Source: Mobula hypostoma (Eukaryota). From it: a stretch of 64,000 nucleotides of DNA. How positions within the stretch are numbered: the first letter of the stretch is position 1; each line of letters begins with the position of its first letter. This document shows, in pieces, positions 47,701 through 56,575 of the stretch. Under the pieces are notes generated by a model that did no database searches, was not told the DNA's origin, and worked only from the letters and a program-made list of their open reading frames with translations. The position numbers were made by a program, and so were the translations under genes. The stretch lies in NCBI RefSeq assembly GCF_963921235.1, contig NC_086107.1:98458001-98522000 (forward strand). Reading direction: 5' to 3'.

Positions 47701-49857
47701 ACAAACTGGGTTCACTTCAATACATAATTCCAGAAGACGTAGGGAGAGCACTGTGAAGTGCTGCTGTAAGATTAATTCATCATAATATCCTGGCTTGGGG
47801 TACTTATCTATATATTTAGAAAGCAGCTCAAGTACTCTCTTTTGGATTAAATTGTGAAGTAGGATGGAATGAGCTATACTGTTGAGGACATACCATCAGG
47901 TATCCATCTCATTGAAACACAGAACAGTGGCACTGCTGCCTGATGGTGTCCTTTCCCAGAAAAGGCCGATTCCCTTACAATGAAGCGAAGAGGGGAGGAC
48001 CGCTGCCATGTCTGATGATGGTTGAGGGTGGTGGGTGTTCCCGCACTGCCTGTGCTGCTATCTTAACCACTGACGTGAATGTGCTCTGGCAACCTCTGGG
48101 GCTGTTGCTGAACAGGGTGGGTATTTGGGGTTCTACAATCCCAAGGTTTGCGCCAAGTGACACACACAAAATGCTGGAGGAACTCAGCAGGTCAGGCAGC
48201 ATCCATGGAAATGAACAAACAGACGGCAGTTCGGGCCGAGACTCTTCTTCAGGACTGGAAAGGAAAGGGGAAGGTGCCTGAATAAGAAGGTGGGAGGTGG
48301 GGAAGGAGGCTAGCTGGAAGGTGAGAGGTGAAGTCAGGTGGGTGGGAAAGGTCAAGGGCAGGAGAAGGAATATGATGGGGAAGAAAGCGGACAACAGGAG
48401 AAAGGGAAGGAGGAGGGGACCAGGGGTAGTAATAGTGTAATAGGCAAGTGAGAAAAAGGGAAAAGGGGAATAGAGGAGCGGGGGAGGATCTGTTCACCAG
48501 AAGCAGAAATCAATACTCATGCTACCATGTTGAAGGGTGCCCAGATGGAATACAAGGTGGTGCTCCTCCACCCTGAGGGTGGCCTCATCCTTTCTTACAT
48601 TGAGAGAGAGAGAGAGAGAACAACCCACACTGCCATTAATGCTCCATCCAGTCTTGAGTTTTTGACCATTGATAATGGGACTTATGATCATAAGCATGTA
48701 ACAAAGAGAAATCGCGCTTCGGACCTCACACACCAGAGCAGGCATCCAGTGAGACACTGGCAGGTCCTGTGCCTTTTCTTTGCTGTGTGATCCCCATTCC
48801 TTCAGCTTCCTTCAGTGCCCGCTGACCTGTCAGTCTCAGCCTAGGATACACTCAACAACTGTGACAATAGAAAATTATTTATTTAGAGATACAGTGCTGA
48901 AGGGGCCCTTTCATCCCAACGATCCATGCCATCCAGCAGCCCGTCTATTTAACCCAAGCCTAATCACGGGACAACTTACAATGACTAATTCACCTACTAA
49001 CTGGTACGTCTTTGGACTGTGGGGGGTGGGACTGGAGCACCCGGAGGAAACCCACATATCATGCAGAGAACAAACTCCTTACAGACGGCGTCGGAATTGA
49101 ACTCAAGAACGCCCCGAGCTGTAATCGCTTCACGCCAACCGCTATGTTGCTGTGGCGCCCCACCGTAATTCTTCTCATCTCAGTTCTCCTTGGCTGGCCC
49201 CTTAGTCAGAGACTATGTCCTTTGTTCTATATTCTCACTCTGAATAAATATTGTACTATCCTTTCATACCCTTGCAGAAGCTGATATATTTGGAGGTAAC
49301 TTCAGGCTAAAACCAATTTACCACCCCCCCCCCACCATCATCTGTTATTGAGCCCTGCTGTTGAGAGAGGATTTGTGCTAGAACAAGATGTACCCTCCAA
49401 TAACTGATATTACGACTTCTCCACATACTGTGCTGATAATAAATGTGGTTTGCCCATGAGCTGACCTCTTTTCTGGAGCTACTCTGATCAGTGACCCTAC
49501 ACAGTGTCTCTCTCCCTTCCACAATCCTTTTCCCATGGGCTGGTTTGAGCCACTCTTGACCTATTGACTTGACAATTGATTTTGAAATCCAGCCCATTAG
49601 GGACAGTAAAGAATCAGGCCATTTACTAAAAACAAGCTTATTATCTCTGCACTATTCTCCTGGCTGGAGAGACAGCCTTGCTATGTCAAGAATCAATCAT
49701 TTGAAATGTCATCCTCCCTGCTTTTTCTCTTAACGCTGGATTTACAGATGATGCTCCCACGTATCGTGATGCGATTGAAGCGGGATATCAGAACTTGCTG
49801 AAGCTGAAGGAGAAGAAGAAGAAACTGCTGCGGCAACACAGAAAGTTAGTGAAGTAA
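986..49857 (+). CDS. FAM227A: FAM227A-like gene (FWWh domain), 5'-partial, 10 coding exons: 986-1129, 5608-5706, 9517-9621, 17869-17998, 22082-22195, 28993-29096, 32423-32573, 38665-38735, 47331-47488, 49746-49844(/49857)
   Basis: The spliced translation is open, with intron phases 0,0,0,1,1,0,1,0,2. It contains DSFWWFFLH, LFDRISKNY, LSQAVYTSFCCSFPQSW, FNLYGLSPLV and PTYRDAI, which match my recollection of vertebrate FAM227A (AVYTSFCCCFPQSW type) rather than FAM227B. Confidence 0.88.
2935..3482 (+). mobile_element. Rex/Babar-type LINE 3' fragment
   Basis: PSIEHIY..CRRKAASIIRDPHH C-terminal motif; aataaa...tttgaa tail. Confidence 0.7.
3753..4574. mobile_element. Penelope-like element (PLE) composite: inverted pseudo-LTR (3753-~3935, -) plus sense GIY-YIG C-terminus, 3'UTR and pLTR (3936-4574, +)
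   Basis: ORF 3838-4137 ends LPVATHFNS...LEEQHLIFRLGSLQPDGMNIDF, nearly identical to the end of 40377-40841. Confidence 0.82.
4439..4474 (+). ncRNA. Minimal type I hammerhead ribozyme motif in PLE pseudo-LTR
   Basis: AGTC CTGATGA A GGGT-CTCG-GCCT GAAAC GTC GACT; complete core, stems I and II, palindromic ACGT in place of stem III. Confidence 0.78.
5608..5706 (+). CDS. FAM227A: FAM227A exon, TGYIADFQQMLSSPVVQDILLDSFWWFFLHEQK (99 nt, phase 0-0)
   Basis: Acceptor tgcag ends at 5607; donor AAG|gtgaga; carries the FWWh signature. Confidence 0.93.
5776..6275. mobile_element. Non-autonomous Tc1/mariner-like composite repeat; related copy at ~7843-8290, fragment at ~59740-59880
   Basis: Inverted cagtactgtgcaaaagtcttaggcac-type termini; shared internal sequence between copies. 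Confidence 0.5.
7162..7732. mobile_element. Non-autonomous Tc1-like DNA transposon (MITE)
   Basis: Terminal inverted repeats (TIRs) cagtggccactttattagg ... ctactaaaatggccactgagtg; same family at 30030-30594 and 38008-38538. Confidence 0.72.
8388..8795 (+). mobile_element. Short non-autonomous RTE-like retroposon
   Basis: Flanked by a ggccatc(a/g)ctctc direct repeat; (gtaa)n-like tail; RTE-like body. Confidence 0.55.
9517..9621 (+). CDS. FAM227A: FAM227A exon, THSSVQCRLFDRISKNYVQLIMEGWSWSFGDRFLQ (105 nt, phase 0-0)
   Basis: Acceptor cttattccctttcag; donor CAG|gttagt; LFDRI..Y motif. Confidence 0.92.
9891..10473 (-). mobile_element. CR1/HER1 LINE 3' end
   Basis: ORF 9981-10376 QRRFTRMLPGL...LGLFSLERRRMRGDLIEVYK; tatgttctat tail. 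Confidence 0.9.
10648..10953. repeat. Minisatellite, 56-bp unit, 5 full copies plus a partial sixth
   Basis: cacagtctgccaccatccatcctgctctctgaaacccactatcccaacccagagag starting at 10648, 10704, 10760, 10816, 10872, 10928. Confidence 0.95.
12585..13281 (+). mobile_element. Young CpG-rich non-autonomous retroposon with (ctaat)n tail, inserted in CR1
   Basis: Splits CR1 gatgacac|aagatt; starts ggggggagaagatggcggcg; ends aataaaa...ctaatctaatct. Confidence 0.65.
13495..13866 (-). mobile_element. RTE/BovB-related SINE inserted in CR1
   Basis: gaagaaggcaatg-caaaccacttctg...ttgccaagaac segment; (aatg)n tail; gatt(t)tggaa-like flanks. Confidence 0.6.
14675..14905 (-). mobile_element. tRNA-derived SINE with (ttc)n tail
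   Basis: 14-bp TSD agctctaccattga (14661-14674, 14906-14919); B-box gttcgaatcc on the minus strand. Confidence 0.75.
15000..16200 (-). mobile_element. Old CR1 RT fragment
   Basis: KSPGPDQ, PLFKK, SGVPQGLVLGPLL, FADDT motifs. Confidence 0.8.
17869..17998 (+). CDS. FAM227A: FAM227A exon, EFSSTLSQAVYTSFCCSFPQSW...YRWFG(G) (130 nt, phase 0-1)
   Basis: Acceptor tttcccccag; donor GAG|gtaaag; conserved AVYTSFCC.FPQSW. Confidence 0.93.
18505..19566 (+). mobile_element. Rex/Babar-type LINE, 5'-truncated and degenerate
   Basis: KFADNTSIVGQI, WCHNNNLSLNVSEMKELIIDFRR; KVASITRTSHHPGH; tttgaacttt tail. Confidence 0.85.
21560..21990 (-). mobile_element. Degenerate PLE GIY-YIG fragment
   Basis: AFHRDCTLCDSLVH...PGTYPCKWKKYNTC, homologous to the region around 40377-40841. 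Confidence 0.7.
22082..22195 (+). CDS. FAM227A: FAM227A exon, (G)IRPAPKIFKNWNCDALL...EQNKK(G) (114 nt, phase 1-1)
   Basis: Acceptor ttccttctttccag; donor AAG|gtaatt; G..P.P.....W motif; phase matches the previous exon. Confidence 0.87.
23515..23814 (-). mobile_element. tRNA-derived SINE inserted in a CR1 3' end
   Basis: 12-bp TSD agataggtacat (23503-23514, 23815-23826); A-box tggccaagtgg and B-box gttcaatcc; second copy at ~36210-36510 (+). Confidence 0.8.
24959..24996 (-). ncRNA. Minimal hammerhead ribozyme motif (minus strand)
   Basis: Reverse complement reads CAGTC CTGACGA AGGGTTCTGGCCT GAAAC GTT GACTG. Confidence 0.7.
25199..25236 (+). ncRNA. Minimal hammerhead ribozyme motif
   Basis: CAGTC CTGACGA A GGGT-TCCG-GCCC GAAAC GTT GACTG; 5-bp stem I; GUU cleavage triplet. 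Confidence 0.75.
28993..29096 (+). CDS. FAM227A: Probable FAM227A exon, (G)IKKFLFNLNQSSGPSPLTATSKSKRAASMSRSNK (104 nt, phase 1-0)
   Basis: Acceptor tctatttcgtag; strong donor AAG|gtgagt; phase bridges the flanking exons; non-repeat sequence. Confidence 0.72.
30030..30594. mobile_element. Tc1-like MITE inserted in CR1
   Basis: TIRs cactcagtggccactttatt ... aataaaatgaccattgagtg, followed by ta. Confidence 0.72.
32423..32573 (+). CDS. FAM227A: Probable FAM227A exon, PSTERKENTLSRLPPDSPSK...EEPARSP (151 nt, phase 0-1)
   Basis: Acceptor ttttctgctttcag; donor CTG|gtgaga; open, S/E/P-rich linker. Confidence 0.72.
32753..33191 (-). mobile_element. PLE 3' end/pLTR, inverted relative to the 3936-4574 and 40330-41293 copies
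   Basis: Near-identical reverse complement of ~4088-4530; hammerhead core mutated (GAAA to AAAA). Confidence 0.85.
33630..33832. mobile_element. Short fold-back PLE pLTR derivative
   Basis: Inverted arms acacacac..gctggaggaactc / gagttcctccagcattttgtgtgtgt; gaatttcctt direct repeat at 33618-33627 and 33837-33846. Confidence 0.72.
36210..36510 (+). mobile_element. tRNA-derived SINE (same family as 23515-23814)
   Basis: tggccaagtggttaagg head; body is the reverse complement of the 23.5-kb copy. Confidence 0.78.
37215..37950 (+). mobile_element. Rex/Babar-type LINE RT fragment
   Basis: IIKFTDDTTV, NNLSLNMDKTKQIIVDLRK, KKAQQRLHFLRRLR. Confidence 0.82.
38008..38538. mobile_element. Tc1-like MITE
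   Basis: tggccactttattaggtac ... gtacctaataaagtggctactgag. Confidence 0.7.
38665..38735 (+). CDS. FAM227A: Probable FAM227A exon, (D)SEPSVSRVIVRNSGISHIPLQKE (71 nt, phase 1-0)
   Basis: Acceptor aatcctcgtag; donor GAG|gtgagc; restores the phase 0 needed by the 47331 exon. Confidence 0.68.
40260..41293 (+). mobile_element. 5'-truncated Penelope-like retroelement: short inverted pLTR, GIY-YIG endonuclease domain (ORF 40377-40841), 3' pLTR
   Basis: CKQNKCYTC...VTYCVRCSRCGLLYIGETRHRLGDRFAEH (GIY-YIG with Zn-finger linker); direct repeat caagttaaaa at 40250-40259 and 41294-41303. Confidence 0.9.
41160..41195 (+). ncRNA. Minimal hammerhead ribozyme motif in PLE pLTR
   Basis: AGGC CTGACGA A GGGT-CTCG-GCCC GAAAC GTC GACT; core intact, one stem I mismatch. 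Confidence 0.68.
41305..45570 (+). mobile_element. 5'-truncated L1-clade LINE, ORF2 pseudogenised (APE endonuclease, RT, CCHC)
   Basis: YSFYSHVH..YSRTDY..SDHAPL; SGKAPGLDG; GTRQRCPLSPLLF; LYADD; CDRC..ATLTHMFWLC; T-rich 3'UTR with A-rich tail; many stops and frameshifts. Confidence 0.92.
41644..42300 (+). mobile_element. Non-autonomous hAT-like DNA transposon inserted in L1
   Basis: 13-bp perfect TIR cagacatcccacc; TSD cattta (41638-41643, 42301-42306); BED-finger-like remnant ARCTVCNSDFSIARGG; internal (GA)n. Confidence 0.8.
45780..46830 (-). mobile_element. Old CR1 3' fragment
   Basis: CR1 tail (catacagcac...cttcagccc) and degenerate RT C-terminus. Confidence 0.65.
47331..47488 (+). CDS. 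FAM227A: FAM227A exon, PPVARQGPNFVRNLFNLYGLSPLVLNFL...TRTEIQRLL(P) (158 nt, phase 0-2)
   Basis: Acceptor ttctcttctgtccctcag; FN.YG.SPL motif; ends at the U12 donor ATATCCTTT. Confidence 0.88.
48160..48598 (-). mobile_element. Degenerate PLE 3' fragment inside the U12 intron
   Basis: KDEATLRVEEHHLVFHLGTLQ on the minus strand, plus pLTR. Confidence 0.72.
48875..49165 (-). mobile_element. HE1/V-SINE-like element; related copies at ~53575-53820 and ~56880-57115
   Basis: ctggagcacccggaggaaacccac V-domain-like segment; CR1-like tail. Confidence 0.6.
49746..49844 (+). CDS. FAM227A: FAM227A exon, (P)DDAPTYRDAIEAGYQNLLKLKEKKKKLLRQHR(K); ends at donor AA|gttagt (49845) or reads on to TAA at 49855-49857
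   Basis: PTY.D.I motif followed by a coiled-coil-like segment; in frame only with the AC acceptor. Confidence 0.82.
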
Positions 49858-49934
49858 CACACTCACCCCAGGGGCTAATCCCAGGACAGCCTTGGCACTT
49901 CCAGCTATGCTTGTTGCTAACAGAGTAATTGTGA

Positions 49935-50440
49935 ACAGTTTCGGGCTCCTCGTCTAAGAAAAGATGTGCTGGCATCGGAGAGGGTTCAGAGGAGGTTCAC
50001 AAGGATGATTCTGGGCGATCGTAGGAGGAACATGTGATGGCTCTGGGCCTGCACTTGCTGGCATTTAGAATGATGGGGGAGATCTTATTGAAACCTTTTG
50101 AATGTTGAAAGGACCTAGACAGAGGAGATGTGGAAAGGATGTTTCCCATGGTGGGGGAGTCTAGGACAAGAGGGCACAGCCTCAGGATAGAGGGGTGTCC
50201 ATTTAAAACAGAGATGGAGAGAGATTTATTTAGCCAGGTGAGAGGGCGTAAGTTCAAAGGAGATGCAAGGGGCAGTTTTTTGTTTACACAGCGTGGTAGG
50301 TTCCTGGACTGTGCTGCCTGGTGTGGTGGCAGAGGCAGATGTAGTAGAGACTTTTAAGGGGTGTTTAGATAGGCAGATGAATGTGAGGGAAGCATATGGA
50401 CATTTCTAGGCAGAAAAGATTAGTTAGACAATTGATGACT
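49935..50440 (+). mobile_element. CR1 3' fragments
   Basis: ERVQRRFTRMI; ERMFPMVGESRTRGHSLRI. Confidence 0.78.
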
Positions 50441-50749
50441 GATTTAACCAGTGCACCGAGACCACTCTGAGAAATCACTAATCCCAGTTTGTTATTGGTC
50501 TCCCCCACATTCCTGTCAACTCTCGTGATTCCAGCACTCATGTACGCAACCAGGGCAATGTATAGCGGCTAACCCACTTGGGTTTGGGAGGAGAATGGGG
50601 CACCACCTGGTCACAAGGAAGACATGCAAACTCCACAAGGCATTGGAGGGCAAGACTGAATCTGGTTCACCGGAGATTTGAGGCAATAACTGATCCAACT
50701 AATTTTGAGACTGAGTCCTATGGGCAACAGCGAGCAGACTGAGTGTGAA

Positions 50750-51422
50750 ATTACTCCTCTCTTCCCTTTCCTCCCCCTGCAGCCCTTTACCTCTTCCACC
50801 TATCACCTCCCAGCTTCTTACTTACCCCCCTCCCCCACCCACACAATTTTCCCCTCACCCAGCCTTACCTATCAGAAAAAACGGGATCTCCCAGTGCACA
50901 TCCATCTTAATTCCACTTCCCGTTTCCATTCAACATGTCCATCCATGGCCTCCTCTACTGTCATGATGAGGCCACACTCAGGTTGGAGAAGCAACGCCTT
51001 ATATTCCTTCTGGGTAGCCTCCAACCTGATGGCATGAATATTGACTTCTCGAACATCCGGTAATGGCCCCACCCTCCTTCTCTATTTCCCATCCCCTTTC
51101 CCTCTTTCACCTATCTTACCCATCACCTCCCTCTGGTGCTCCTCCCTCTTTTTCTTTCCTCCATGGCCTTCAGTCCTCTCCTATTAGATTTCCTCCTTCT
51201 CCAGCCCTGTATCTCTCTCACCAATCAACTTCCCAGCTCTTTACTTCACCCCTCCCCTTCCAGGTTTCACCTGTCTCCTTGTGTTTCTTCCTCCCCTCCC
51301 CCCACCTTCTCACTCTGACTCCTCATCTTTTTTTCTCCCGTCCTGCCGAAGGGTCTTGGCCCGAAACGACAACTGTACTCTCTTCTATAGGTGCTACCTG
51401 GCCTGCTGAGTTCCTCCAGCAA

Positions 51423-51466
<44 letters not shown>

Positions 51467-51660
51467 CTATAACCTGCCAGCTTGCCCACCTTCCTTTCCC
51501 CTCCACCTTCTCATTCTGCCTTCTGCCACCATTTTTTCCAGTCCAATTGAAGTGTTTTGGCCCACCATGTGAACTGCTTATTTCCTTGCATCGATGGTGC
51601 CTGACTTGCTGAGTTCCTCCAGCGTGTGTTTGTTGCATCTGCAGAACCTCCTGTGTCTCT
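50750..51660 (+). mobile_element. PLE 3' fragments with tandem pLTR remnants and (GT)n at 51426-51462
   Basis: Degenerate GIY-YIG C-terminus; mutated hammerhead ctgccga...gaaacgac near 51340-51375. Confidence 0.72.
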
Positions 51661-52335
51661 GAGTGTGAACTGTGCAGCCACGTGGGGGATCTAATTTAAA
51701 GTGTTAAAGTGCCCATGTGATGTACTTCAAGCCGAGCAACGTGACAGAGAGTTCCACCTTCACAATTCTAATCTGAGAGATACAGAAGCAAACTTGAGAA
51801 AACGTACACAAATACTTGAAGGTCACTGAAAGTACAAAGTTTCGCGCATTCTGCTGGGTCTGGGCTGGAGCGTTGTCTCCGTTTCTGGATGCCACAAACT
51901 GGACATCCATTCGTGCAGGGAGAAGCGCACACCCGGATACGGGCCTGGGTGAGCAGAGTCATTTTGCTGGACAACACTCCAAGGAGGGGAGCACGGACAG
52001 GGCATTGCCCCTCGTGACCTGACACAGGAATCTCTTTTCATTATCGCAGTTGCATTTCACAACAAGCCCTGTGGTATCAAAGGCAGAATTCATTCCAGAA
52101 ATGGTTACAATCACGCTCCACTCCGGTTATAACTGTTTTCACAAACGGTGCTGCGCCCAACCATTCCTCAGCCCACGCTGACGATGGATGTCGAGGATGT
52201 GGAGTGGGTGGACAGAAGGAGATTCTCAATCACGGCCAGTGATGAGATATTGGTGGCACCAAAGTTCAAAGTACATTTATTATTGAAGTATGTATACATT
52301 ATACAACCTTGTGATTCATCTCCTTACAGGCAGCC

Positions 52336-52949
52336 TGTTGTGATGGAAATGAAACAGATTCTTTGGGTCTCAAAGGCAAGGATTCTGGACACACAGTTTT
52401 AACAATAAGGAGTTTATTTTTAAGGGGAGAAGAGCTTGGGGACAACACAAGCGGCTACGATATTCGCACAAATGTGCTTAGAATAGATGAGCATGGGAAA
52501 AGTCGGGTTGGCGGTACAGTACACGGAAAACGGTGTGGGGACAGAGTACAGGGACATATACAAGTAAGGGAAGAGTAACTACGATACCTGCCTCCCTTGA
52601 CTGTGGGCAGGCATGGCTCTCTGCTACAGGGACAACAATAAACGCTCCCAAAACCCTATTCAACGCACAACTCACTAACAGCAGGGTGGTCCCTCGGAGA
52701 CAGAAAAAAAGAGAGCGAGCCAAGCGCATGTAGCACCCTTTATAGGTCAGGGGGCTGGAGGGTCCAGCCCACGTGATTTACCGTGGGGCAAACGGCTTGG
52801 TGTTAGGTGGGTTAATTCAGTTAAGGTGGCCAATGGTTACGTGTGCATTGATTAGTTGGGAGGGGTGAAATGTTGACTGGGATGTAGTGTGCCTTCCAAC
52901 CAGGTAGAGGGCAGTGCTGAGCTATGACAGGCATGGCTCTCTGGATACA
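52336..52949 (-). mobile_element. Probable solo LTR inserted in a Rex-tailed repeat
   Basis: TG...CA termini; 5-bp TSD cagcc/cggcc; minus-strand TATAAA (~52745) and AATAAA (~52418). Confidence 0.55.
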
Positions 52950-54362
52950 CGGCCACAAAACAAAGAATCCAAATAGAACCTATTAAAAAGGAGGCCGTCA
53001 AACACCAAATGTGCAAAAAAAAAGTCGTGCAAACAATAAAAAGTAAGCAAATAACGTTAAGAACTAAATTTCACAGAAGTAAATTCACAACCATGAAGCC
53101 AGTTACAGCCGATCCAGGAGCCTGTTAGTTGCAGGCCACAGCCTCAGTTCAGAGCCAAAATGAGTAAACCTCGCCAAGCAGTGAGCTGAACTCCAACCCA
53201 TCCCTCTCCACCGGCCCCAAAACCATGACCTCTTCAATCTTGCCCTGCGCCTAAATCAGCCAAACCTCAGCTTGTTCCTCAATCTCACACACAGGCCCTG
53301 CCACTTCAATATGCTCTCGGGCCTGGGCCCTGCCGCCTGGATTCAGTCCATACCCGACCTTCCCAATACGGCCCGGTGCTTAAATCGGTCAGAAACCGGC
53401 TCGTTCCTCGCTCTCAGGCACGGGCCCCAGCACCTCGACTCTGATTCACAGAGCCTGGGTGGCTAAAGGGAGAAGCATCATGCAAGAGAGGTTGCAACAA
53501 GTAGGGCAAAAATGGTGTCACCCGAAGTAGTTTGGCCACCAAATCTAAAATCAGTAGCAATAAGTCAGGTGGGAAATTTATTTATTTATTGAGATACACT
53601 CAGAATAGACTCTTCCAATCCTTCAAGCTGCACTGCACAGCAACCCCTGATTTAATCCTAGCCTAATCACAGGACAATTTACAACGACCAATTAACCTAC
53701 CAACCAGCACGTCCTTCGACTGTGGGAGTAAACTGGAGCGCCCTGACGAAACCCACGCAGTGATGGGGAGATTCTTACAACAGCGTGAACTGAGCCCAGG
53801 TCGCTGGGACTAACGCCCCAGACTCAATAGATTAATTCACACAGATGCGTGGTCATGGTCGGGAAGCATGTGGGATATATTCCATAGGAGGTCTCAGAAA
53901 GCATTTGGACGTATTTGAACACTCAAATTTTCCAGGTGATAGGGGGAGAGCTGTGCAGAGGGACGATATTGATCTCTTTTTTTGGAGAGCTAGGATTGGC
54001 ATGGCTGGCCAAATGGCCTCAAAGTGATGTGAGCTGTGTTGTAACTCAGTTCCGGCCACAGAACCCCCACGTTGCTCATTCATTTTCAGTTGCTTTCTGA
54101 TCTCCTGTTGACTTTTCTCCTTTTTAAGGCTTTCCCCTGAATGGAGGAGTAGCAGTGTCTTCTGCCTGATGGGAGAAGGGAGAATATCTGGGGCGGGTGG
54201 GGGTGTACGATTATGCCAGCTGCATTACTGAGGCAGTGAAAAGTGTAGACAGAGTCCTTGAGTTCCATGATTACCGAGCTGTGTCTACAACTCTTGCAGT
54301 GTGTGTCCCCAATCCCGAAATGTCTCACCTCCCTTGAAAGTAATTTCTACTTTTTCTTCCAG

Positions 54363-54419
54363 GAAACAACATCTGGGACAGACAAAATAAACACCAGGGC
54401 AGGCTCCTGTTCCACCAGG
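54363..54419 (+). other. Candidate downstream exon (57 nt), frame uncertain
   Basis: Strong acceptor ctactttttcttccag and donor AGG|gtgagt in non-repeat sequence. If joined in phase 2 it gives KKQHLGQTK* (TAA 54388-54390). Confidence 0.4.
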
Positions 54420-56109
54420 GTGAGTAAGGCTTTGCTCTGGAATAACCAGCATTCTGGGAAAATGTTATGGACAGAGTGCAGGGCATTGGATAAGTATTAC
54501 AATGAGCATTGAGGACTGAAGGTAAATGTTATCCTAAAGGCCTCCTTGCCCACCCAGTGCTTGGGTTAAGGACTACTCAGAGCCAAAGAGGGCTTTGGGG
54601 TGGGGCTCAATGTAAATAGGACAAAGAGGGATGTTTTACTGAAGGAGTCCAAGTTTAAAAGAAAACCACAAAGATAATAGTCGTTAAACCAAGTAGTTTA
54701 GGGCTGGGATGGGGTTCAAGGTTTCTGGTGAGGGCTGAAGAAAAGGAAAAAGTGAGGTAGTAAAATGGTGTCAGGAAGGAACAGAGCATACAGACGTAAT
54801 AGTAAAACTACAGTGAGAAATAAAGTTCCATTATAACTTATCTGTGATTAACTTAAACAGATGATCTTAAATAAAAAAGCATATTTTGAACAAATGTGGC
54901 AGTGGATCAGAAGACTAGATGGAATTTTTAAAGAGCGAAGAACGGCTAAATGATTATTATGCAAGGAGAAATGAGGGTCTGAGAGAAATGCCTGAAAGTA
55001 TGAGTACATTTGGGAAACATTTCTATAAATATTTTTAAAAAGAGAAATTAACAGAGTGAGCCTTTAGAAAATGAGCCGAGGGAATTCATCATGGAAGACT
55101 AGGAGATAGCAGATGAATTCAAAGTATTTTGCACCAGGCTTCACTGCAGGGAATAGAAACTGCAGAGTTGTGAACACAGCACAGCAAATCACGGAAACCA
55201 GCCTCCCCTCCAGGGACCTCTCACTGCCTCAGTAAAGCAACCAGCATAAACATAGACCCCACCCATCCCGGACATTCTCCCTCCTCCTCCCTCCCATCAG
55301 GCAGAAGACACAAATCACATACTACTAGGCTCAAGGACAGCTTCTATTCCACTGTTTTAAGACCATTGAATGGTTCCATACTACGATAAGATTGACTATT
55401 GACATCACAGTCTACCTTGTTATGGCCTTACACCTTATGTCTGGTTCCACTGCACTTTCCTGGGAGTCCTGAGAATGAAAGGGTTAATGCTGGGGAGCAT
55501 TTGATGGCTCTGGGCCTGCTCTCACTGGAGTTTAGAGAAAATGGAGGAGGGGATCTCATTGAAACTACGAATATTGAAAGGCCTAGATAGAATGGATGTA
55601 GAGGGCATGTTTCCAACAGTGGGAGCATTTAGGACAAGAAGCAATAGCCTCAGAATAAGAGGATGTTCCTTTTACAGTGTTGGGGAGGAATTTCTGTAGC
55701 CAGAGGCTGGTGAATCTGTGGAAATTTTGCCACAGACAGCTGCTGAGGTCAACTCATTGTGCATATTTAAAGCAAAGCGTGATAGGTTCTTGATTAGGAA
55801 GGGCATAAAAGTTTATGGGGAGAAGGAGGAAAATGAAGATGAGAGGGAAAATAAATCATCCATGATCAAATGGCAGAGGGGATTCAATGGTCCGAATGGC
55901 CTAATTCTGCTCTTCTCTGAACCTGTAACACACTATTCTGCATTCTGCTATTGCTTTAACCCGGACCGCTTCAGTACAGTTGTAATGAAACGATCCATAT
56001 GAATGGCATGCAATAGAATGATTTTTTATTCTACCTCAGGACATGTGACAGTAATAAACCAACTTACCAACATCTCAGAAATGGCTGCAAATCTAAATTT
56101 GGGAGAGAG

Positions 56110-56575
56110 GTTACAAATCTAGGCAGCTCGATCTTGGGCACTCGCCTACAAAGTACCCAGGACATCTTTAGGGAGCGGTGTCTCAGAAAGGCAGCATCCA
56201 TTATTAAGGACCTCCAGCACCCAGGGCATGCCCTTTTCTCACTGTTACCATCAGGAAGGAGATACAGAAGCCTGAAGGCACACGCTCAGCGATTCAGGAA
56301 CAGCCTCTTCCCCTCTGCCATCCGATTCCTAAAAGGACTTTGAAGCTTTGGACACTACCTCACTTTTTTTAATACACTGTGCAGTATTTCTGTTTTTGCA
56401 CATTTTTAAATAATCTATTCAATATATGTAATTGATTTACTTGTTTATTTATAATTATGTTTTATTTTATTTATTTTTTTCTCTCTCTGATAGATTATGT
56501 ATTGCATTGAACTGCTGCTGCTAAGTTAACAAATTTCATGTCACATGCTGGTGATAATAAACCTGATTCTGATTT
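56110..56575 (+). mobile_element. Rex/Babar-type LINE 3' end
   Basis: CLRKAASIIKDLQHPGHALFSLLPSGRRYRSL...FPSAIR; aataaacctgattctgatt tail. Confidence 0.85.

Larger units (their letters stand above)
47489..49745 (+). other. U12-type (minor spliceosome) AT-AC intron, 2257 nt
   Basis: 5' splice site ATATCCTTT (47489-47497); branch sequence TTCTCTTAAC (49725-49734); terminal AC at 49744-49745; the join CC|A GAT GAT keeps the frame. Confidence 0.9.

Noticed and set aside
49746..49747. Canonical AG acceptor (tttacAG) for the exon at 49.75 kb
   Set aside because: Joined to 47488 it gives CCA TGA (stop). The AC two bases upstream keeps the frame and fits U12 branch spacing.
51704..52041. Exon-like unique sequence (+: DVLQAEQRDREF...RTQILE; -: several 70-85 aa ORFs)
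   Set aside because: Weak splice sites, phase not matching the upstream exon, and no recognisable homology.
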